Positions 56,949-64,000 of a stretch of DNA of 64,000 nucleotides are shown piece by piece (within the stretch, counting starts at the first letter, position 1; the number at the start of each line of letters is the position of its first letter). Where the stretch lies: NCBI GenBank assembly GCA_964016885.1, contig OZ024744.1:103912001-103976000 (forward strand), read 5' to 3'. The position numbers and the translations under genes are program-made. The DNA comes from Eledone cirrhosa. Lineage: Eukaryota. The notes under the pieces are model-generated. The model saw only the letters and a list, made by a program, of their open reading frames with translations. It was not told the DNA's origin and searched no databases.

Positions 56949-57019
56949 AATTATTCCATTTACCAGTGGTTTCTTAAAAGCAAAAAATTTTGCTTTCAAT
57001 CATCAGAAGGAAAAAATCC
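56949..57019 (-). ncRNA. Type I hammerhead ribozyme-like motif (inverted twin of 57038-57109)
   Basis: Minus strand reads CUGAUGA-UUGAAAGCAAAAUUUUUUGCUUUUAA-GAAA-CCACUGG-UA-AAUGGAAUAAUU; stem I has one more mismatch than the twin. Confidence 0.6.
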
Positions 57020-57037
57020 AAATCAATAAATAGACCA

Positions 57038-57109
57038 GGATTTTTTCATTCTGATGATTGAAAGCAAAATTTGTTTGCTTTTAAGAAACCACTGGTAAAT
57101 GGAATAATT
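57038..57109 (+). ncRNA. Type I hammerhead ribozyme-like motif
   Basis: CUGAUGA 57051-57057; 11-bp stem II; GAAA 57085-57088; short palindromic stem III CCACUGG; GUA triplet (cleavage after 57097); stem I GAUUUUUUCAUU/AAUGGAAUAAUU with one mismatch. Confidence 0.7.
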
Positions 57110-57535
57110 GCCTTATGTTGTTTATTACATAACTATTAAGCTCTGTTACCTACATAGAGCACTCTTTTTCCTGGACTTTTGCGACGGAATTACTTCATTT
57201 ATATGTATATAACGAAGGAGTTGTGGTAAAGAACCAGATGGACCATAACGCACCAGAGTACTCAATACTTAGGGTAGTAGAGTGGGTAATAGGAGAAAGT
57301 AAGAAAATATATATATTTCTGGACTCCAGAAATAGGCGTCGAAACGGCTTGAGCTCTGCCGTCGGGGTCTTACTTTCTCCTATATATATATATATATAAG
57401 TTTATCCCGGGTTCAATCGGGTGTAACCACAGTAAGTAAGGTACTCAATACAAAGCAGAGTATAAATATTTAATATAATATGTCCCGAATAAAACAGGTC
57501 TAGTCCTGTAGTAGCCATATATATATATATATATA

Positions 57536-57720
57536 TCATCATCATCATCATCATCATCATTTTACGTCCACTTTTCCCTGCTTGCAAGGGTGGGACGGGA
57601 ACTGATTCTGGCTTCATTTCTACAGCTGGATGCCCTTCCTAACACCAACCTCATTTGAGTGCTGGGTGCTTTTTTGCGTGGCACCTTCACGACCACTTTG
57701 CAGTGGAATGATATGGACCC
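57536..57720 (-). mobile_element. RTE LINE 3' tail fragment
   Basis: (CAT)n followed by TTTTACGTCCACTTTTCCCTGCTTGC...CTACAGCTGGATGCCCTTCCTAACACC, the reverse complement of the tails at 20300-20460 and 22280-22436. Confidence 0.75.
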
Positions 57721-57741
57721 CAGTCCCTATCATCTCTTTCT

Positions 57742-57875
57742 ACAGCTGAGTAAACTGGAGCAATGTGAAATAAAGTGTCTTGCTCAAGGAAACAACACAT
57801 CTCCCGGTCTGAGAATTGAACTCACAACCTTTCGATTGCAAGGCCAATGTTCTAACCAGTAAGCCATGTGCCTCC
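57742..57875 (-). mobile_element. SINE family B 5' part
   Basis: Reverse complement of the 56693-56810 head/core. Confidence 0.75.
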
Positions 57876-58117
57876 ATATATATATATATATATATTTAGT
57901 ACAGATTAAAGTTTAAGCAAAGAATCACTGCTTTCACCCTTTTATGGGATCTGAAAACATTTGCTCTACGGGTTTATATATATTTTTTATTACATCTCTA
58001 TATATATACAATCCTTTTCGAGCTCTCTTTGGATTTTTGTCTTCGTAATTATTATTACTATTGTGTGTGTATATACACATATATATATATGTATATGTAT
58101 ATACATATATATATATA

Positions 58118-61100
58118 TGCGGCTCAGTAGTTACCGATGATGTTGATCTTTTCTTCTTTTCGGGTTATAGCTACTGTCGGGTTATAGCTACTGAGAGTGG
58201 GATTGGCTCAGTGCACAGTCTTTCCTCACTTTAAAAATATTCGTCACGCACAGGCATTGCACGAGTGCATTAATAATTATTAATAGTGTACTATTATTAT
58301 TATTATTATTATTACTATTATTATTACTTTTTTTTTTTTTTTTTACAATTCAATGATGTTCCAGAACAATATAAAAGAGATAATTGGGAATTTAGGTTCT
58401 GGAACAAAAATGATCATTGGCAATAAGGGCAGGGGCCCCAGGTTATCACAGCCTGGACCCGCTCGTCATCGTGCCATTGTAATAGAGCCAAACAAGGCAT
58501 TTAGTCTTGGCTGCTGGAACGTACGGACGCTGCTTGACAGGGATTCCTTGGAGCATCCTGAACGAAGGACCGCTCTTGTTGCAAAGGAGCTTCGACGTTA
58601 CGATCTTGACATCATGGCTTTATCTGAGACGAGGTTAGCTGGAGATGGTCATCTTACGGAATTTTGTGGAGAATATACATTCTTCTGGAAAGGAAGAGAT
58701 GAAGGAACCAGAAGAGAGGCTGGGTAGGATTTGCTGTTAAGACTGTACTTGTGAACAAATTAGAAGAATTCCCAGTAGGGATTAGTGAGCGTCTTATGTC
58801 CATGAGAGTTCCGCTGGACAAGGGAAGATATGCTACCCTGGTGAGTGTGTATGCTCCAACTATGAGTTCTGTCGATGAGGAAAAGGTGTCCTTTTACCAT
58901 GCCTTGAAAGGTGTTTTAAGAAATATCCCTCAGGCAGACAAAGTCATCGTGCTTGGTGACTTTAATGCTAGAGTGGGTAGGGATTTTAACACATGGAATG
59001 TAATCGGAAGGCATGGGGTGGGAAAGTGTAACAGCAATGGTATGCTCCTGCTGCAGATGTGTGAGGAGCTGGATCTGTGTGTTACCAACACCATGTTCCA
59101 ACAAAAGAACAAATTCAAGACCACATGGATGCATCCTGCATCTAAGGAATGGCATCTTTTGGACTACGTCCTAGTCAGGATGCGTGACAGACAGGATGTG
59201 CAGTGTGTTTGTGTTCTTCGTGGAGCTGAGTGCTGGACGGACCACTGCCTGGTACGCGCAAAAGTGAAACTAATCACTAAACGTAAAATCCGGGCTCCTG
59301 GTGTTGCCCTGCCCAAAAGATTGAATGCTGCTCGTCTTAAGGATAAAAATGTGAAGAGGACATTGGAAGAAGAGATGCAGGCTGCAGATCTTGGTGAGGA
59401 TTGGCCGACCCTTAAAAAGTCGGTTTATGATGTAGGCAGGCGTGTTCTGGGATTGGCGCAGAGGAAATATCAGGACTGGTTTAATGAGAATGATGTACAT
59501 ATAGAAGACTTGTTGGCTGATAAGAGGCATGCTCTGTCATGCTACTTGACGGCAAAGCCACAGGAGAGGAGTATGTTGCATGAGGAACTCAGGGATGTAA
59601 AATCACGTGTTAAGCGGAGTCTTTCTCAGATGAAGGATCAGTGGTGGAGTGAGAAGGCTGGTGAGATACAAACTGCGTCTGATTCCAATAACACAAAGCT
59701 GTTGTACAGTCTCTTGCGTGAGGTTTATGGACCGTCTTCTTCTCTGGTGACACCGCTTCGCAGCAAGGATGGCAAAGAACTTCTTCGTGACTCACAAGGA
59801 ATTCTACGAAGGTGGCGAGAGCACTTTTGATGATCTTTTGAATCAGCCGTCTGTTGTCAGTGAAGATTTCCTCAATCTCATTCCAGAAAGTCCTGTGAAA
59901 GTAGCTCTCGCAGAACCTCCGACGCTTGTGGAGGTTGCAGTGGCTATTTCGAAGCTGAACAGTGGAAGATCTCCAGGTATGGATGGCATACATGCTGAGC
60001 TCCTACAATATGGTGGTGAGAGACTCCTGCAACATCTTCACTCTTTGTTTGGCAGGATATGGGCTAATGAATCCATACCTGAGGACTGGAGAGATGCAGT
60101 AATGGTGGTTTTGTACAAGGGAAAGGGTAACAGGAACGATTGTGGGAACTACAGAGGTATATCATTGCTTTCTGTCGTAGGGAAAGTTTTATGTAGGGTG
60201 CTTCTGGATCGTCTGCTGACACACATTGCAGATTGTGTTCTTCCTGAAAGTCAATCTGGTTTTCGTGCTGGACGGGGCACTACTCATATGATCTTCTCAG
60301 ATAGACAGCTCCAGGAGAAGTGCATGGAACAAGGCTTGGATCTGTATCAGGTTTTTGTCGATCTGACAAAAGCTTTCGATACTGTTAACAGAGATGCATT
60401 GTGGAAGGTTCTCCAGAAACTTGGTTGCCCTGATAAGTTCCTTGCTTTAGTTAGGTCTTTCCATGACGACATGAAGGCTTGGGTTAATGTCGGAGGTAAC
60501 ATGTCGGAGCCTATCTCAGTAAAAAATGGAGTGAAACAGGGGGATATTCCAGCACCGACCCTGTTTGCCATATACTTTGCAATGGTTTTCTGTATTGCAT
60601 TCAGGAATTGCGAGTATGGTGTTTACATCCGATATCGAACCTCAGGCAGCATATTTAACATCAGGCGCTTTGCTGCGAAGACAAAAGTATTTACATCAAT
60701 CATAAGAGACCTCTTGTATGCAGATGATTGCGATCTTGTAGCGCACACAGAGAGTGATATGCAGCACATTTTGAATGCATTTTCTGACGCTTGCACTGCC
60801 CTAGGTCTGACTGTCAGTCTCAAGAAAACCGTCGTCATGTACCAACCTGCCCCTGGTAAGCAGTACACTGAACCAAACATCTATGTGTATGGCAAACGAC
60901 TTGGAGTGGTTGATCAGTTTGTCTACCTGGGAAGCACTGTCAATCGATACAGCAACCTTGACAGTGAAATCTCACTTAGGATTAGAAAAGCAAGTGATGC
61001 TTTCGGAAAGCTAGAAAGGCGACTCTGGGGTCGGCGAGACATATGCAGGAGGACAAAGGTAAAGGTGTACAGGGCATGTGTGCTCTCTTGTCTTCTTTAT

Positions 61101-62087
61101 GCCTGCGAGACCTGGGTCACATATCGACACCACCTTAAGCAATTGGAGCGTTTCCATCAGATGTGTCTCAGACGGATCCATGGCGTTCACTGGAGGGACC
61201 ACATCAGTGATGTCGAGATTTTGGAAAGCTCTATGTGTGACAGTATAGAAGCTCTTGTGCTTAAGCAACGACTCCGTTGGAGTGGTCACCTTACCAGGAT
61301 GAAGGATTCTAGAATACCAAATCAACTCTTTTATGGAGAGTTGGTTAAAGGAAAACGACCGCCACATAAACCAAAAAAGAGGTATAAGGATTCCTTGAAA
61401 GCCTCTCTGAAAGACGCTAACATCTCTGCTGATACATGGGAGAATATTGCTGCTGATCGTAATAAATGGAGAAAGACTGTATATGAAGGAAAAGTTGCCT
61501 TTAAGGCATCTCGAATCGCATACGAGAAAGTAAAGCGGGATGTGAGGAAGGGCATTGCGGTTGCACTTCCAGACAGCGAGGGTCCTCCTATGGTGCTGAC
61601 ATGCAGCGTCTGTGCGAGACTCTGCCTAAGCAAAGCTGGACTCGAAAGTCATCTTCGCAGTCATAAAATAAGACCAGTGGTTGATTACCAGGCTGCTGTT
61701 GGAGATGCTACTCATCATGCTTGCCAAACATGTGGTAGAGAATGTAAATCAGCAGGAGGGTTCAAGCGACATGCAAAAGTACACGAACTCCAACCACAGC
61801 CGACTATTCCCAGTAAATGTTTTGGTTGCCGACTCTGTGCAAGACATTTTAAATCATTGGCTGGGCTAAAAAGCCACATTCGATCGCAGCACTGTTAGTT
61901 GCTATCGTGTGTGTGTGTGTGTAGATATGCTTATGTGTGTGCGTGTGTGTGTATATATATATGTATGTGTATATTATTATTGTTGTTGTCGTTATTATTA
62001 TTGCTGTTATTATTATTATTATTGTTATTAATGTATGTGTGTGTGGATATGTGTGTGTGAGTGTGTGTGTATATATATGTATGTATG

Positions 62088-62151
<64 letters not shown>

Positions 62152-62169
62152 ATTTTTTTATTTTATTTT

Positions 62170-62202
<33 letters not shown>

Positions 62203-62252
62203 TTTTTTTTCTTTCTCCTCGTCCAATGGCCATACTCGATAACGAAGGGGCA

Positions 62253-62260
<8 letters not shown>
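58118..62260 (+). mobile_element. Near-full-length RTE (BovB-like) LINE
   Basis: 5' UTR from ~58118, APE + RT + zinc-finger ORF 58353-61898, microsatellite-expanded 3' UTR ending in ATGGCCATACTCG...CAGCCATCAT; (TA)n on both flanks. Confidence 0.9.
58353..61898 (+). pseudogene. RTE ORF: APE endonuclease, reverse transcriptase, three C2H2 fingers; two compensating frameshifts as assembled (~1180 aa if repaired)
   Basis: WNVRTL, LSETRL, YAPT, GDFNARVG, LDYVL and TDH (APE); NYRGISLL, QSGFR, FVDLTKAFD, GVKQG, LLYADD and YLGS (RT). Frame breaks at GGG 58722-58724 and TTTT 59825-59828. Confidence 0.92.
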
Positions 62261-62303
<43 letters not shown>

Positions 62304-62559
62304 TACACACACACACATACATATACACACATATATATCTATACACACATATACAAATATACACACATACATAAATATACACATATATTTATACAAACAT
62401 ATATAAATATACACACATATATATTTATACACACATACATATATATATATACACATACACACACATACATATATATATATACACACACATACACACAAAT
62501 ACACACATATATATCTATACACACACATATATAAATACACATACACATACATACACACA

Positions 62560-63168
62560 TGGTGGCTGCCAACTCGTTTTCGAGTACGGCCACTACTTTA
62601 TATCCATGTAGGAGAACCCCTAGCGATGCGCTGAACGAGTGTGACTTTTTAGTCCAGCCAGCGACTTGAACACTCTGGTACAAACACTACACTTGTGACA
62701 ATTATTGACACATAGTGCTGGGCCCTTGGTACCATGTGATGACAAGTGCAAAGAGATCTCCAGATATAAAGCAATGCTTGTGCCGTGAAGCTTTTATAGT
62801 GAGCAAAGACACTGCACAAAGCCAGCCGCACTCTCTTAACCAAGATGATATTTACCAAAAAGAAGAACAAGTCAACATCATTGGATACCATCAGGGTTGC
62901 AGGTGTTATATCAGAGTTTTCCTTCTCCTAGAATTCTGCCTTGACAAAGGCTAAGGGGTCATCTCTCCCGGTGATTTTGGATGGCCATTGACTCTTAAGA
63001 GCTCCTTTGCCCTTTGACAGGTTTTGTTTTTAGTCCTGCAGGATGTCCAAAGTCACCCTCCTCACCAAGAAACCTTGGTGGGGTTGCCAGTTTAGTCGCC
63101 AACGACCCGACCATGAGACAGGTTGTACTGGGATACATGTTACCAGTAGCACCAACTGGTGACCTGAC
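62560..63168 (-). mobile_element. 5' UTR fragment of a related RTE element
   Basis: Reverse complement contains ATGATGTTGACTTGTTCTTCTTTT..GAGAGTGCGGCTGGCT..GTCTTTGCTCACT, similar to 58135-58235. Confidence 0.6.
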
Positions 63169-63240
63169 ATACATACATATATATATATAAATATATATAT
63201 ACATATAAATGAAAGGTATAGAAAATATATATATATATAC

Positions 63241-63341
63241 AATTGCTTCCCCGGTGAACAGCTCGAGGAGCGATCTGTGTGTGGATCGACCTGACTCTTG
63301 AATCGCAGGTTCCTCAGACACGTCTATTGATTTCGGAGCAG

Positions 63342-63400
<59 letters not shown>

Positions 63401-63715
63401 CGAAGGAAATGTGGTAAGGAACCAGATGGACCATAACGCACCAAAGTACTCAATACTTAGGGTAGTAGAGTGGGTAATAGGTACAAGTAGGACCCCGACG
63501 GCTGAGGACAAGCCGTTTCGACGGCTAATTCTGGAATTAGCCGTCGAAACGACTTGAGATGTTAAATGGTTAAGAATAAATCTTAACCATTTAACATCTC
63601 AGGGTATGTCATGTATCATTATATTTTGTCTGATGAGGACGTACTGTTGTACATCCGAAATATGTATAATAAAATGTAATTGATCAAAAGAATATCTATT
63701 TTATTAATACTTATA

Positions 63716-63785
<70 letters not shown>

Positions 63786-63890
63786 CTGCTCCGAAATCAA
63801 TAGACGTGTCTGAGGAACCTGCGATTCCAGAGTCAGGTCGATCCACACACACAGATCGCTCCTCAAGCTGTCGCCGCCGGGGAAATAATT
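63241..63890. mobile_element. Composite element: ~105-bp inverted terminal arms abutting (TA)n, enclosing two long hairpins and a hammerhead motif (Penelope-like/retrozyme candidate)
   Basis: 63241-63345 is the reverse complement of 63781-63890 (few differences); hairpins at 63508-63557 and 63556-63600; hammerhead at 63615-63684. Confidence 0.65.
63615..63684 (+). ncRNA. Type I hammerhead ribozyme-like motif
   Basis: CUGAUGA 63630-63636; stem II GGACGUAC/GUACAUCC; GAAA 63657-63660; minimal stem III UAUGUA; AUA triplet (cleavage after 63668); stem I AUCAUUAUAUUUUGU/AUAAAAUGUAAUUGAU gives 12 bp + bulge + 3 bp. Confidence 0.72.
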
Positions 63891-64000
63891 GTAATACGCA
63901 ATAAATTGAGTTCTGATGCATCATTGATTTTTCGTTTTCCATTCTATATATATTGATAAATATGGTGGGTCCATCAACTCCTTATATATATATATATAGC

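Overview
Eukaryotic, very AT-rich, repeat-saturated genomic DNA. The (TA)n/(CA)n load, SINE types and RTE content suggest a coleoid cephalopod such as Octopus (inference, not verified). One intact host gene is present: Rab1 on the minus strand, 7 coding exons, 16744-33739, 205 aa, all introns GT-AG. Its first intron holds a ~7.7 kb compound TA-rich microsatellite. The rest is tandem repeats (44-bp, 120-bp higher-order, 29-bp, 25-bp G-rich and 68-bp units) and mobile-element debris: Gypsy gag, CR1, Chapaev3, piggyBac/Tigger/hAT MITEs, hAT transposase, CRE, R4/Dong-like, a Jockey/I-like RT, two SINE families and many RTE fragments. There is also a near-full-length RTE LINE (~58.1-62.3 kb) with three C-terminal C2H2 fingers, broken only by two compensating 1-bp homopolymer indels. 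The most notable unannotated signal is a set of type I hammerhead ribozyme folds: an inverted pair at 56949-57109 and a single one at 63615-63684. They sit among short, palindrome-rich, (TA)n-associated elements sharing a GTACTCAATAC motif, which look like non-autonomous Penelope-like or retrozyme elements. Most long ORFs in the supplied track are microsatellite or minisatellite artefacts.
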